From NCBI GenBank assembly GCA_000146465.1, contig CP001947.1: DNA of 64,000 nt. The stretch is one strand, 5' to 3'. This document shows positions 1 to 9,741 of the stretch, one piece after another (within the stretch, counting starts at the first letter, position 1; the number at the start of each line of letters is the position of its first letter). A model generated the notes under the pieces. That model was not told where the DNA came from. It ran no database searches and saw only the letters and a list, made by a program, of their open reading frames with translations. The position numbers and the translations under genes were made by a program.

Positions 1-285
1 TCCATAGATCCGAATCACATCCTCCTTAAGCTTCTCGCTGCTGTATAGGGATTCCTTGTCCCTGAGGACTGCTTCAATGTCAAATAGATATTCCCCGTTG
101 AGAATCGACCTGTACACCTCATCCTTCTTCCCTAGATGCATCAAAAGTACACTGTATACAGAACTTGGAGGCATGAACTCGTTTATCTTGTTCGACAATG
201 TAAGCTCCTCAATCACCGAGTCCACATCTATTTTTATCTTATACTTTTCCAGTCTATCCTCTATGTACCTCTTGGCATTTTCCAT
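1..285 (-). CDS. partial CDS (N-terminal 95 aa; gene continues beyond window start), hypothetical protein
   Basis: Minus-strand ATG at 283-285, open to the window edge. Translation MENAKRYIEDRLEKYKIKIDVDSVIEELTL... is non-repetitive and protein-like. No family recognised. Confidence 0.4.
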   Translation of the reverse strand, partial: MENAKRYIEDRLEKYKIKIDVDSVIEELTLSNKINEFMPPSSVYSVLLMHLGKKDEVYRSILNGEYLFDIEAVLRDKESLYSSEKLKEDVIRIYG

Positions 286-365
286 AACAGAATGGGTTGG
301 GATCCAGGAAATCTAAATTGAAGAAGAAAGTTCTCTTCCTCTTTCACAAGAAACAGAAATAACCT

Positions 366-1964
366 TTAATCATAAAAATCAGAGATGACATTGTCGATCT
401 TGAGAACCATTGTAACAAGCTGTGTTGCCATCTGGAACTGCCGAATCTTGCTGCTGAGAGCATCAAAAACCCCCAACTTCTTCATGTCCTGCTCCCCAAC
501 GTCCAGGCAATCAACTCCAAGCCTGAAGTTCTTACTTTCCATTTGCAATTTCCGAAGGTCCGACGAATACTCAATCGGGTTGTAACCACTGTTTCTTGCC
601 AAACAGAGCGGAATCTCCTCAAGAGCCCTTCCAAACCCAAGGATCGCTTCTTGCTCCTCTCCAGAATACTTCCCTGCTTCCTCTTCCAAGGAAAGAGAGC
701 ACGACATCTCAGAAGATCCTCCTCCGTAAACTATTCTGTTGTTGGTAAGGATGTTCCGAACGGCACAAAGAGCATCTCGGATAGATCTTTTGGCTTCCTC
801 AATAACTAGATCATTTGCTCCTCGAACAAGAATAGTAACGGCCCTGCTACGCTCCGGGTTCTCAACTACAATAATCTTGTCGTTTTCCGTTCCAAGACTC
901 TCCTCACGGATACTTGCCTTTCCAAGATCAGATTCGTCGAGATCTTCAAATCGGGCTATTATCGATCCTCCTGTATGGACAGCCAGAAGCTCAAGCTCGT
1001 GTCCTCCAACCCACCTCACCGCTGGAAGATCATTCTCCATAAGAAGAGAGTTTGCTTCGTCATCAAACCCCCATTGGCACATAACAATGTTGGCTCCGCT
1101 TTTCCTGACACTTTCTATCATCTCTGTAAACTTCCTTCTTTCATATTCCTCTAGCTCCTTGTACTCCTTAGCATTCCCAATAATAAGACTATGCTTGGTC
1201 TTCAGCTTCGGAGGTTCAAAGGGACAGCTGAGAAGTGCTATCCGTCCGTCCTCAATCTTCTTCTTCATCTGAGGATGGCTGATCTCCTTGTTAAGAACAA
1301 CCCCCTTCACAAGCGTGGTGTCAGATATATCCCGTCCAACCTTACCTTCAATGTTGATTAACTCAAAGTCAAGGTCCTTTCTCTCTGTATCCGCAACCAT
1401 CAAAACTGCAGATGTACATATCTCTGCAAACTTCTCAAGAGACTTGCTCACTATCTTACTCCCTAGGCTTGTCTTTGCTGCTTTCATCATCGTCTCTCTT
1501 AGATCGCATATCTCTTCGGAAATCTCATTTAGATGCTTAACAGCACACTCTAGAGCTAGCTCAAAACCCTCAGATATCTTAACCGGATGTATCCCTTGTC
1601 CAAGTAGTATCTGGGCCTGTCCAAGGAGAGCAGAAGCAAGTACAACTACCCCTGTGGTCCCATCTCCTATCTCCTCATCCTGAGATTCACTTAACTGCAC
1701 TATAAGCCTTGATATCGGATTCTCTGTCATCTCCATCTCTTTAAGTATGGTTGCTCCATCATTGGTCACAACTATATCGTCGTCCTTGCTCTGCAGTATC
1801 TTATCCATTCCAGTCGGCCCCAAAGAAGTTGAGAGAAAAGCTGCTATCGACCTAACAACTCCAATGTTTGCAATAATACATTGATGTCCCTTGGTCCTGC
1901 ACATCTTGTCCTCTTCAGTTATCTGAAACGTCTGCCCTAGTTCGTCAGTTAGAAGATCCGGCAT
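366..1964 (-). CDS. CCT5: T-complex protein 1 (CCT chaperonin) subunit epsilon
   Basis: 532 aa. Group II chaperonin motifs LGPTGMDKIL, VTNDGATIL, GDGTTGVVVLA, VYGGGSSE. The block LSESQDEEIGDGTTGVVVLASALLGQAQILLGQGIHP matches the CCT epsilon signature. ATG confirmed. Confidence 0.9.
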   Translation of the reverse strand: MPDLLTDELGQTFQITEEDKMCRTKGHQCIIANIGVVRSIAAFLSTSLGPTGMDKILQSKDDDIVVTNDGATILKEMEMTENPISRLIVQLSESQDEEIGDGTTGVVVLASALLGQAQILLGQGIHPVKISEGFELALECAVKHLNEISEEICDLRETMMKAAKTSLGSKIVSKSLEKFAEICTSAVLMVADTERKDLDFELINIEGKVGRDISDTTLVKGVVLNKEISHPQMKKKIEDGRIALLSCPFEPPKLKTKHSLIIGNAKEYKELEEYERRKFTEMIESVRKSGANIVMCQWGFDDEANSLLMENDLPAVRWVGGHELELLAVHTGGSIIARFEDLDESDLGKASIREESLGTENDKIIVVENPERSRAVTILVRGANDLVIEEAKRSIRDALCAVRNILTNNRIVYGGGSSEMSCSLSLEEEAGKYSGEEQEAILGFGRALEEIPLCLARNSGYNPIEYSSDLRKLQMESKNFRLGVDCLDVGEQDMKKLGVFDALSSKIRQFQMATQLVTMVLKIDNVISDFYD

Positions 1965-2006
1965 CCACTGGGGTAATTTTTTCCAGGACTCTTTTCCACC
2001 AAAACT

Positions 2007-2453
2007 TTAGTCCCGCTTGTTCAACACCATTTCATAAAACTTATTACATTTATATTCCTTGTTAATCTCAAATCCATTTCTTCTGTAGAATTCCAGGCCT
2101 CTTGTGTTTTCTCTGTACACATACAAAACCACTCTCCCCACAATCTCGTTGTACTGCACCTTGCACTCATTCAGCAGCAAGGTTCCAATTCCCTGCGACC
2201 TATAGTTCTCCTCAACATGGAGCTCAAACACATACGCAGTATCTTTGGAAAATCGGAACGTAATAAATCCAGCAGGCTCCTTTCCAACATAACAGAAGAT
2301 GTAATTATTACTTCTATTTGTCAGAGACTTATACTTTGAAAATCGAAGCAAAGGACTTTTGCAATATTGGCGTATATTTGAGACTGCCAGATCTAAAGCC
2401 CACTCAATCATATTCTTACTAGGTTTTTCCACCTTCAGGACTCTCCTCTCCAT
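2007..2453 (-). CDS. GNAT-family N-acetyltransferase
   Basis: Acetyl-CoA binding motif (ELHVEENYRSQGIGTLLL). The track start (2555) overlaps the neighbouring gene. The first in-frame ATG that gives a GNAT-sized 148-aa protein is at 2453. Confidence 0.6.
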   Translation of the reverse strand: MERRVLKVEKPSKNMIEWALDLAVSNIRQYCKSPLLRFSKYKSLTNRSNNYIFCYVGKEPAGFITFRFSKDTAYVFELHVEENYRSQGIGTLLLNECKVQYNEIVGRVVLYVYRENTRGLEFYRRNGFEINKEYKCNKFYEMVLNKRD

Positions 2454-2490
2454 TGGAAATATTTTTCTAAGGCTTCTTCCCAGCCCAGCC

Positions 2491-2964
2491 ATGGAAAGCA
2501 AAAGAAAAAACACCACGAAGGAGCTTCTTAGAAAAATAGAATCACAGATAGACAAAGTGGCCTTTCTTCATTCTAATCCTACTCAAGCCAGAGAAATCGG
2601 AAAGGCTCTCCCCCCTCTACACCATCCCCAGGAAATTCTTGGAAGGTGTATTGCGAGGATGGACCGGCTGAACTCAATGATGAATCCAATGAAGTGCTTC
2701 ACAACATCTATTCCTTCAATAGAGAAACAGGTGGAGTACTTGTACCAAAGAAAAAAAGAATTTGACGAGGACAAGTGTTATTCTCTTCTTACAAAAAATA
2801 GAGTCGATGGAATCCTTTCCAACAGAAAAGCAACAATCAGGACAAAAGGAAGAACTCTAAGCTACGAGTTTAAGGAAAAGCTCACAGGATTCTTGTCAAA
2901 GAGAGGTAATGCTTCATGGAGCAATGAGAAAATAGATGACTTCATTAACTCGATGATGAAGTAA
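2491..2964 (+). CDS. hypothetical protein (157 aa)
   Basis: ATG at 2491 (MESKRKNTTKELL...). Sits in the otherwise gap-free gene array. No recognisable domain. Confidence 0.45.
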   Translation: MESKRKNTTKELLRKIESQIDKVAFLHSNPTQAREIGKALPPLHHPQEILGRCIARMDRLNSMMNPMKCFTTSIPSIEKQVEYLYQRKKEFDEDKCYSLLTKNRVDGILSNRKATIRTKGRTLSYEFKEKLTGFLSKRGNASWSNEKIDDFINSMMK

Positions 2965-2989
2965 CTCATATAAACCATCCTAAGCCTGT

Positions 2990-3766
2990 TTATTTATCTT
3001 TTCTGGACTTTGTTCTACCAATGTACTTGGTTCTACACTGGATGGGGTTTCGAGTCATTACATGTGTGCTCACGTTTCGCCAATCTCCCTCTCCATATAT
3101 GTTCACACCTTCCATTAGTCTTTCATTTTCATCCTCTGTCCATTTGCCTTTGCGAAAATTTTTGTTGAGGAAATAAAATCTCATGGCACATTCCTTCCCA
3201 GTCTTTGTCTTAACTATCTTCGATACATATCTCCATTTCGAAAGCCCGTACTTCTCCACTCCCTGCTCCAAAAGCTTGTCTTCCTCCACACTCCACATCT
3301 TCGGTACAGATATGGTATTTGACCGAAGATGCTCTGTAAACACTTTAAAGGGTCTACATCCAACTTCCTTGGATATTTCAATCCAGTCTCTGCCCTCCTC
3401 GCTCATTTCCTTGACTCTGGCCATGTCGCTCTTACTCAGTTTCTTGTCGAGGCTCTCCTCCTTGTTGATCCATTTGTTAAAGCATTCATTTCTTGAAATG
3501 CTGAACTTTTCAGACATCTCCTTCCAGAAAGAGTCCTTGAGATCAAATCTCATGCAGTTCTTTGTTTTCTTGTGGAACTCCTTGTCCCGTTGAATGTCCG
3601 CTTCAACAGATATGGATACTTTTCCCTTCGGCTTAAGCCTGGCTATTGTGTTATTATAAGAGCATTGTCTTTTTATGTCTCGAAGCCTCTTCAAAATTTT
3701 CTCTATCTCTATGTAATCCATGTAAAGTCTCTCCAACCTTTTGTTCAGAGACCCCTTCTCTACCAT
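2990..3766 (-). CDS. Myb/SANT-domain DNA-binding protein
   Basis: Two Myb-like repeats in the C-terminal half (WSVEEDKLLEQGVEKYGLSKWRYV..., WTEDENERLMEGVNIYGEGDWRNV...QCRTKY). The track M is TTG. First in-frame ATG is at 3766. Confidence 0.6.
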   Translation of the reverse strand: MVEKGSLNKRLERLYMDYIEIEKILKRLRDIKRQCSYNNTIARLKPKGKVSISVEADIQRDKEFHKKTKNCMRFDLKDSFWKEMSEKFSISRNECFNKWINKEESLDKKLSKSDMARVKEMSEEGRDWIEISKEVGCRPFKVFTEHLRSNTISVPKMWSVEEDKLLEQGVEKYGLSKWRYVSKIVKTKTGKECAMRFYFLNKNFRKGKWTEDENERLMEGVNIYGEGDWRNVSTHVMTRNPIQCRTKYIGRTKSRKDK

Positions 3767-3790
3767 TGGGCTGTCTTGTCCATCCAATTT

Positions 3791-4816
3791 TCACTTCAGC
3801 TGTCTGCTTATGTTCGTAAGCCCACATCCAGGCCCAAACACAGTATGTCCTTGTGCAGTGTTCCGAACCTCGTACTCAAACCCAAAAAACCGCTTCAGCA
3901 TTTCCAGGATCTTTTCCACATCCAAGTCAACCTTTCCAACCCACAGACCTCCTACACTTGGAGGTGCCAAGGACATTAAGGAAAGTGCAAGATAAAGAAG
4001 CTTCTTGTCAAACATCCCTCCATATTTGATGCTCTTTAAAAGATCTTTGCAGGCTCTTGTTGCTGTTTCTCTCGGTGTTAGACCTTCCCCGTTCATTACA
4101 GAATAATAAATCCCGTTCTTCGATTCCGCAAAAACTGCACACTGGAATCCAGGAGACGGCCCCGAATCTAGTCTATTCGACATGTTGGAGAACACCTTTG
4201 TGTTTGAAACATCCTCCATAAGTTCCTTAATTCGCTCGGTCATCTCCTTGACAGGTATGGAACTCACTCTGCTGCTCAGAACTAACCCTCGGATCTTGAG
4301 AATCTTCTCTGGATTCTCCAATGAAATGGTAGTTATCTTCCCAGGCATGTCTACTGTGAATATAACCTCTCCTTTCCCTTCAGGCCCAAAGCCCCTCTTC
4401 TTGACTACAATCTCGCATCCCTTGATCCCAAATCTCTTCAGCACTCCAAAATGTGCAATTCTAATAAGATCGACACACAGCTTGTCGTTTGTTACTCCTT
4501 TAAACCTTATCTTCAAGGGCTCCGTTATAAAGGGACACAGAATAAGAAGGGGCTCTATATACATCGAGATCTCATCTTCACATCTTGCAACAACATCTCC
4601 TCCTTTCAGCGACCCAGGAGTAAAAACCATCTGGCCCTCCTCCCAAGAACAAGTAGATCCATGGGATATGCTCCGTAGAAGTTTGATAAACGATCTTGCC
4701 ATCTTAAGTCTCTTTTCTACTGCCACCCTGACTTTGTTCTTGGACAAAAGACTAAAGACAAGAATAAGCTCCAGATTCTCTTCGCAGTCAAAGACCATCT
4801 CTTCTATGCAATTCAT
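3791..4816 (-). CDS. RNA 3'-terminal phosphate cyclase family protein (Rcl1-like)
   Basis: 341 aa. The N-terminus (NLELILVFSLLSKNKVRV) resembles the Rcl1/RtcA start (NFRLRIVLATLSGKPI). Size fits the RTC fold. ATG confirmed. Rcl1 versus true cyclase cannot be decided. Confidence 0.55.
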   Translation of the reverse strand: MNCIEEMVFDCEENLELILVFSLLSKNKVRVAVEKRLKMARSFIKLLRSISHGSTCSWEEGQMVFTPGSLKGGDVVARCEDEISMYIEPLLILCPFITEPLKIRFKGVTNDKLCVDLIRIAHFGVLKRFGIKGCEIVVKKRGFGPEGKGEVIFTVDMPGKITTISLENPEKILKIRGLVLSSRVSSIPVKEMTERIKELMEDVSNTKVFSNMSNRLDSGPSPGFQCAVFAESKNGIYYSVMNGEGLTPRETATRACKDLLKSIKYGGMFDKKLLYLALSLMSLAPPSVGGLWVGKVDLDVEKILEMLKRFFGFEYEVRNTAQGHTVFGPGCGLTNISRQLK

Positions 4817-4824
4817 CCAGAGGG

Positions 4825-5487
4825 TTAGGGGCAGTGCAAAAAAGAATCCCTCGAGAAAGGGCTTCCCAGAAACTGCTCTGTGATCTCTTCCAGGAATCTT
4901 TTTCTATCTTTAGATCTGAAATACCCAGACCCAACCACTGCATAATCCACTCCCCTAATCTCCTTGATATTTTCAATTCCTATTCCTCCATCAATTCCAA
5001 CTATCTTTCCACTCCTCTGGATCTCCTCCACTTTTGCCAAGCATTCTCTTTGGAATCTTTGCCCTCCAAACCCTGGACTAACACTCATTACGAGAACGAA
5101 GTCTATGCCTTCCATCCCCACCTCTTCCACTCGAGTCTCAGGATTGATGGCAATCCCAAACAACACATCTCTTTGCTTTAGATATTCCCTAACTCCTCTT
5201 TTGTTAGATATCTCATGATGGATTGTCACCAGAGTCACTTTCCTCAGATCTATCCTCATAATAACATCCAGAGGCGACTCCACCATCATATGTATATCAA
5301 ACACAAAGTCATGCTCAAGGATCCTGTTGATTATACATGGCCCGAACGTGATGTTCTTGACAAAGGTCGTGTCCATGACATCCAAGTGAACATTGGTCAC
5401 TCCATTCCTCTTTAAGTCTTGAAGCTCCTCTTCAAGTCTCAAGAAGTCGCAATCTAGTATGCTTATTCCTATCTTTCTCTTTAACAT
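4825..5487 (-). CDS. RPE: ribulose-phosphate 3-epimerase
   Basis: Motifs HLDVMDTTFVKNITFG, HMMVESP, SVSPGFGGQRF. ATG confirmed. Only 8 bp separate it from the upstream same-strand gene. Confidence 0.85.
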   Translation of the reverse strand: MLKRKIGISILDCDFLRLEEELQDLKRNGVTNVHLDVMDTTFVKNITFGPCIINRILEHDFVFDIHMMVESPLDVIMRIDLRKVTLVTIHHEISNKRGVREYLKQRDVLFGIAINPETRVEEVGMEGIDFVLVMSVSPGFGGQRFQRECLAKVEEIQRSGKIVGIDGGIGIENIKEIRGVDYAVVGSGYFRSKDRKRFLEEITEQFLGSPFSRDSFLHCP

Positions 5488-5534
5488 TCAGGATGGGTCC
5501 AAAAGCGTCTATCCAATATCATTTATTTATCTTC

Positions 5535-5882
5535 TTAGAACGTCAGGTCACTATCTTCACATGGAATAGGCTCTGAAAGGAACTTGTAAACCCAAATCCT
5601 CCTTATCTTCATCTCATGTAGGTCCTGTGTCAGGCTATTACAACAGCAGAGGCTTTTAATCGCACTTGTTTCAAAACTCTCTCTATATTGAAGCTTGTCT
5701 TGCACATACCTTCGGATTCCATATACACTGAACGGAACAAGAAAGAACCCAAATGCAGAAAACCTTTTGTTCCTGAATATCCTTGCATAGACTATCGAAG
5801 ATAGATAGCATGGACATAAAGTAGATGCCAGGCAAAATCTGGGCGAAAGTATAGGACACACGAATGGAAGATCATAATCCAT
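5535..5882 (-). CDS. hypothetical small Cys-rich protein (115 aa)
   Basis: The track start is TTG. First ATG is 2 codons in. No family recognised. Confidence 0.35.
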   Translation of the reverse strand: MDYDLPFVCPILSPRFCLASTLCPCYLSSIVYARIFRNKRFSAFGFFLVPFSVYGIRRYVQDKLQYRESFETSAIKSLCCCNSLTQDLHEMKIRRIWVYKFLSEPIPCEDSDLTF

Positions 5883-5994
5883 TACCAAACCTTGAAAGGA
5901 AAAATATATCCTCTCTTCTCCTATTCAAATAGGAGATTGCCCAATAGGATCATCGGCCTCATTAAGGAGGACGATAAGGAGATGCCATGGCAAG

Positions 5995-6300
5995 TCATGC
6001 CATCCAGAATCTTCCATACACTGCTTTCCCACACACATTACATTCATCCCCATCCTGATACTTCTTTATTGCACACAAAGAGCAAAAGCTATGCCCGCAT
6101 TCTGTGAGGACTCTTTCCTCAAATGTCTTCTTGCATATTCCGCACAAAAGATCATCATCTGAAATCATCCCCATCTCTGAAAATCCTATTGATCTTTCAT
6201 GCAAATATTTGCAGGAATCTCCATATCCGCAGTATCCCGTTTCTCTAAATGGCTTGCAGATGATTTTGTGTGTCTCTACCATTTCATTATCTTTGGCCAT
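5995..6300 (-). CDS. CCCH + RING zinc-finger protein (Cwc24/RNF113-like splicing factor)
   Basis: C-x-C-x-H CCCH finger (CKPFRETGYCGYGDSCKYLHE) followed by a C3HC4 RING (CGICKK...CGHSFCSLCA...CNVCGK). First ATG is at 6300. Confidence 0.65.
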   Translation of the reverse strand: MAKDNEMVETHKIICKPFRETGYCGYGDSCKYLHERSIGFSEMGMISDDDLLCGICKKTFEERVLTECGHSFCSLCAIKKYQDGDECNVCGKAVYGRFWMA

Positions 6301-6356
6301 AAGCCCCAAGGATAGTCTTGATGGGTCTTATATTTTTCCCAAAGCAATCTCAACAT

Positions 6357-7385
6357 TCAATCAAATTCGTCAGACAACGGGGCTTCTCTGGGAGGCTTTG
6401 TCCACCATCCATAAAAAGATTTCGAGGCTTTGGAAAGACTCCCAAGTGCTTGAGGAACATACTCTTGAACCTTATTCTTAATGGTACTTCCAAGTTCTTG
6501 AGGAACATACTCTTGGATCTTTTCCCTAACGATGTTTTTAAAATTGGGAATATACTCCTGCAATATCTTCTTTACAATAGATGGAATTATCTTCTTTGCA
6601 TATTCTAGAACAAGGATCTTGGCCTCTTCCTCCGATAGGGAGGAGCCCTTCTTTTTTGAGCTGTGCTCCTCATTTTCGATTGCAATGATCCATTCAAAAA
6701 AGAGAACAATGCATCTCTTTGCTATTGGATATAAAAAGGGAAAAGATACCACGATCAAAAACAAAAAAGTTATTGGTAGTGAAAACTTTTCAAATCTAAA
6801 CGGAACTCTCTCCATTCTCTCTTCAACCTTTCTCTTGATAGTCGACTCCATTGCCATCAGAACAACACCCACCAGATAGGAAATCTCTGAGGGAATTCCT
6901 TCTCTTCCGTGATTCAGAAAATCAACTGCCAGTGCTGTTCCAATGATCAGAATAGTCAAAGATGAAAATATAGTCTTACTGGCAGAATAAGGAGTAGTGG
7001 AATTCAATGTCTCACAAGCATTTGGCAGTAGATATCCCATCGACACAAAAATGGCACACTTGTGGATTCCAGCCTTTCCAGTTTTGAATGCAACAATTGC
7101 CCTGAGAAAGTATATTGTTAGAACAGCTATGCAGAATAGCTTCATCATAGTTTTGATATTTATATCATTCAAAGCAGACTTCCCGTCGCTTCTGTTGATG
7201 GAAATCAATCGCAATAAGAGTCTTACTTGGTAAAGGAAATTCACAAGCATAAGAATCCTAATTATCCAGCTAGCCAACACCCAGTTTACATTTGCGTATT
7301 GTATTCCAACTATAAAGTACAAGGTAAATAGTGTCAAAACCTCACTGCTAAACGGTTTTATGTTTATGGAAGCGATCTTCTCCAT
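6357..7385 (-). CDS. hypothetical multi-pass membrane protein with C-terminal 18-aa tandem repeats
   Basis: 342 aa with several hydrophobic helices. The C-terminus carries three repeats of a K(I/V)QEY(I/V)PQ unit, encoded by a 54-nt tandem DNA repeat. Confidence 0.55.
   Translation of the reverse strand: MEKIASINIKPFSSEVLTLFTLYFIVGIQYANVNWVLASWIIRILMLVNFLYQVRLLLRLISINRSDGKSALNDINIKTMMKLFCIAVLTIYFLRAIVAFKTGKAGIHKCAIFVSMGYLLPNACETLNSTTPYSASKTIFSSLTILIIGTALAVDFLNHGREGIPSEISYLVGVVLMAMESTIKRKVEERMERVPFRFEKFSLPITFLFLIVVSFPFLYPIAKRCIVLFFEWIIAIENEEHSSKKKGSSLSEEEAKILVLEYAKKIIPSIVKKILQEYIPNFKNIVREKIQEYVPQELGSTIKNKVQEYVPQALGSLSKASKSFYGWWTKPPREAPLSDEFD
6420..6625. repeat. 54-nt direct tandem repeat (about 3 units) inside the CDS 6357..7385
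   Basis: The 19-mer cttgaggaacatactcttg recurs 54 nt apart. It encodes ILQEYIPNF / IQEYVPQEL / VQEYVPQAL. Confidence 0.6.
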
Positions 7386-7523
7386 TCCCTACTTCTGAGA
7401 GAAAACCAAGATAAATTAATTACAACTGTGAACCAATAAAAACACTCTTTCTCTCCTTATTAATCAAATTCAAAAAGAAAATCCATGTTATTCAGGATCG
7501 CAGGGCTAAGTAAAGATGTTTAT

Positions 7524-8068
7524 TCAAGACGAGACTGCTCTGTTCGACAAGTTAAGTGCCTCTGCCTGCTCGGCAAGCTCTCGGGCTCTTTGCTCATCGG
7601 CCTTTCTCTTGATTATGCTATCTTTCATGTGGAATCTGTGCTTGAAAAGATGGCCCTTTGCCTGCTTGTAAAACACTCGGAAGTCTTCCTTGGTGATCTC
7701 TCCATTGGCCCTCATCTCCTTCAGCATCTTCCTCATTGCACGAATCTTCTTCATCCATAGCTCCTTCCTTGGCATTCTTGCATTGGCCGTACCAAAGCGC
7801 TTTCCAGGCCCCATGTGCCTCCCCTTCTTCTTGGCTGCCAGGCGCTTTCGGAGTCGTCCTCTGCTGGTGTGCTTGTCCTGCTTCATAATAATCACATTGT
7901 CTTGTATCAGCTGCCTAATCTGATCCCGAGTGGTTGCTCCGTTGAGCCTCTCAATTTCGTTGTTATCCAACCAAAGCTTCTTCTTCCCACATCCTAGGAT
8001 GTCTGCTGCCAAACGCCTGACTCTCTCCTCGTTCGACCTTCAAATTAGAAATGATCCATCACTTACAT
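7524..8068 (-). CDS. RPL19: 60S ribosomal protein L19e, interrupted by a 29-nt intron that splits the start codon (AT|G)
   Basis: Body matches L19e (GCGKKKLWLD...GRHMGPGKRFGTANARMP). There is no in-frame ATG for the conserved N-terminus. Upstream the minus strand reads AT-GTAAGTGATGGATCATTTCTAATTTGAAG-GTCGAACGAG... Splicing gives MSNEERVRRLAADILGCGKKK, which matches the canonical ...QKRLAASVL N-terminus. Exon 1 is about 8067-8068, the intron about 8038-8066. Confidence 0.8.
8038..8066 (-). other. spliceosomal intron (29 nt) of RPL19
   Basis: 5' GTAAGT, branch-like CTAAT, 3' AG. Removal restores the conserved L19 N-terminus in frame. Confidence 0.7.
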
Positions 8069-8152
8069 TTTTAGGGTGCAAATTTTTCCGGGCTTTTGCC
8101 TAAAGGCCTGATCAAACAACTCTCCAAAAACAAGATTTATTCGTCCGAGTCT

Positions 8153-8641
8153 CTAGGCCTCGCATCCACACTGCCAAATCTCATCAACGGTCCTGCAATC
8201 AACAATAGTCTTTCCAAGTCTCTCGTTAACTATGTTGTGGACCTCGCACAGCCATGTCTTGAATTCCTTACCACTTCCAACTCTTGGAGGATGATCTTGA
8301 ATCAGCTTTTGAAAGTGCTTAGTACACTCACCACAGGGAAACAGAGATGACAGGAGATGAATGAAGCTTAGGGTATCTTTCTTCTGCTGGAAGCTTGGCG
8401 ACGCTGGATATCTCGACCCCATTGTGTGGAGTAGTGTCCATGTAGCCCTTCCCAGCCTTTCTCTTATCTCCTTCTTGTTCATCTTCCTCACCTGAAAGTC
8501 TTCAAGCCTAACTCCATTCCAGGAGGATAGGTTGGAAATCTTCTTTTCTCTATTTCCTGCTACAAACTCGTAGCATCTATATATAATCCATGCTGCAATC
8601 AGTACTGCTAAGATCTTTCCATACCCCTTCTCTCTCTTCAT
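8153..8641 (-). CDS. FAD-linked sulfhydryl oxidase, Erv1/ALR family (Erv2-like with N-terminal membrane anchor)
   Basis: Motifs WTLLHTM...YP, CGEC..HF CxxC, WLCEVHNIVNERLGK, C-terminal CxxC. The track start is GTG. First ATG is 5 codons in. Confidence 0.75.
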   Translation of the reverse strand: MKREKGYGKILAVLIAAWIIYRCYEFVAGNREKKISNLSSWNGVRLEDFQVRKMNKKEIRERLGRATWTLLHTMGSRYPASPSFQQKKDTLSFIHLLSSLFPCGECTKHFQKLIQDHPPRVGSGKEFKTWLCEVHNIVNERLGKTIVDCRTVDEIWQCGCEA

Positions 8642-8802
8642 GTTTATACTCCACACTTCTTTATTTATAGACTTTCATGTTTCATCCTTATCACTCCTCA
8701 TCAGTTTTCGTCCCTTGGATATTTACTTGACAGAGCTCTTGAAAGCCGGATATCCAGTCATACTCGCAAGGAATAAATATAGCTGGTTGGCAGACCCCAA
8801 GG

Positions 8803-9741
8803 ATGAAAACACTTCCGAAGTTCAAGCCGTTTGTCCAGGCTTGTACAGACTGCGGAGAAACACAGAACATAGTCGAAGACTACAAAAACGGATACCATGT
8901 GTGTGGAAGATGTGGATGTATTGTGGGAAACAGAATCATAGACGAGGGAAGCGAGTGGAGATCATTTGGAGATAGCAATAAGGTAGATCCATGCCGAATC
9001 GGAAGTGCAAGTAACCCTTATCTCGAATCGGAACAGCTAGACACCATTATAAGCACAGGCGGAGGAATGAATTCCTATATGCTGTCGAAAATCCAGATGA
9101 AAAACAGCATGAGAGGTCCAGAAAGAGCTCTAAAGCATGGGATGAATCTTATCACTGCATTCTGTGAGAGGTCGAATCTTTCAAGGACCATCATCGACAG
9201 AGCACATTACATCTTCAAGAACATCGAGGAGAGAAAGCTTCTGAAGGGTAAAAACGTGGAAGGGATTGTTGCAGCCTGCATATACATAGCATGCAGGCAA
9301 GAGGAGTGTCCCAGAACATTCAAGGAGATAAGTGTGATGACTGCTGTACAGAAAAGAGAGATAGGAAGATGCTTCAAGTTGATATCTCCCCACTTGGAGA
9401 GGATGGCAACAATGTCTACAGAGAATATAATAGCAAGATTCTGCTCCGATCTTAATTTGAACATCAAGATCCAGAAGATTGCTACAGAAATAGCAAAGGC
9501 AGCACATGAGCTGGGATGTCTTGCAGGTAAAAGCCCTGATTCCATAGCAGCAGCAGTCATATACATGGTAACAAATCTATTTCCCGAGGAAAAGAGAATC
9601 CAGAAGGATATTCAGTTTGTAACCAATGTCACGGAAGTTACAATCAAGAATACATATAAAGAATTGCTGGCCTTCAAATATGACATAATCCCCGAAAACA
9701 TGGTCTGCAAGGAAAACATAGACAAACTCCCTGGATATTGA
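8803..9741 (+). CDS. TFIIB: transcription initiation factor IIB
   Basis: N-terminal Zn ribbon (CTDCGETQNIVEDYKNGYHVCGRCGCIV) followed by two cyclin-like repeats. 312 aa. ATG confirmed. Confidence 0.85.
   Translation: MKTLPKFKPFVQACTDCGETQNIVEDYKNGYHVCGRCGCIVGNRIIDEGSEWRSFGDSNKVDPCRIGSASNPYLESEQLDTIISTGGGMNSYMLSKIQMKNSMRGPERALKHGMNLITAFCERSNLSRTIIDRAHYIFKNIEERKLLKGKNVEGIVAACIYIACRQEECPRTFKEISVMTAVQKREIGRCFKLISPHLERMATMSTENIIARFCSDLNLNIKIQKIATEIAKAAHELGCLAGKSPDSIAAAVIYMVTNLFPEEKRIQKDIQFVTNVTEVTIKNTYKELLAFKYDIIPENMVCKENIDKLPGY

Noticed and set aside
739-4883. Long antisense ORFs in the track (e.g. 739-1272, 1288-1683 inside CCT5; 3183-3593 inside the Myb gene; 4182-4883 inside RCL1)
   Set aside because: They are serine/leucine-rich and compositionally biased. 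Each is fully nested antisense to a gene with strong homology. This is typical shadow-ORF behaviour.
7524-8012. Track start codons taken at face value (many M are TTG/GTG/CTG)
   Set aside because: A eukaryotic nuclear gene needs ATG. I re-anchored about 20 genes to the first in-frame ATG (e.g. OLA1, PUS7, alpha-SNAP, PAP, ferritin, RQC2, PSF2, GPN). This also removed most apparent gene overlaps.
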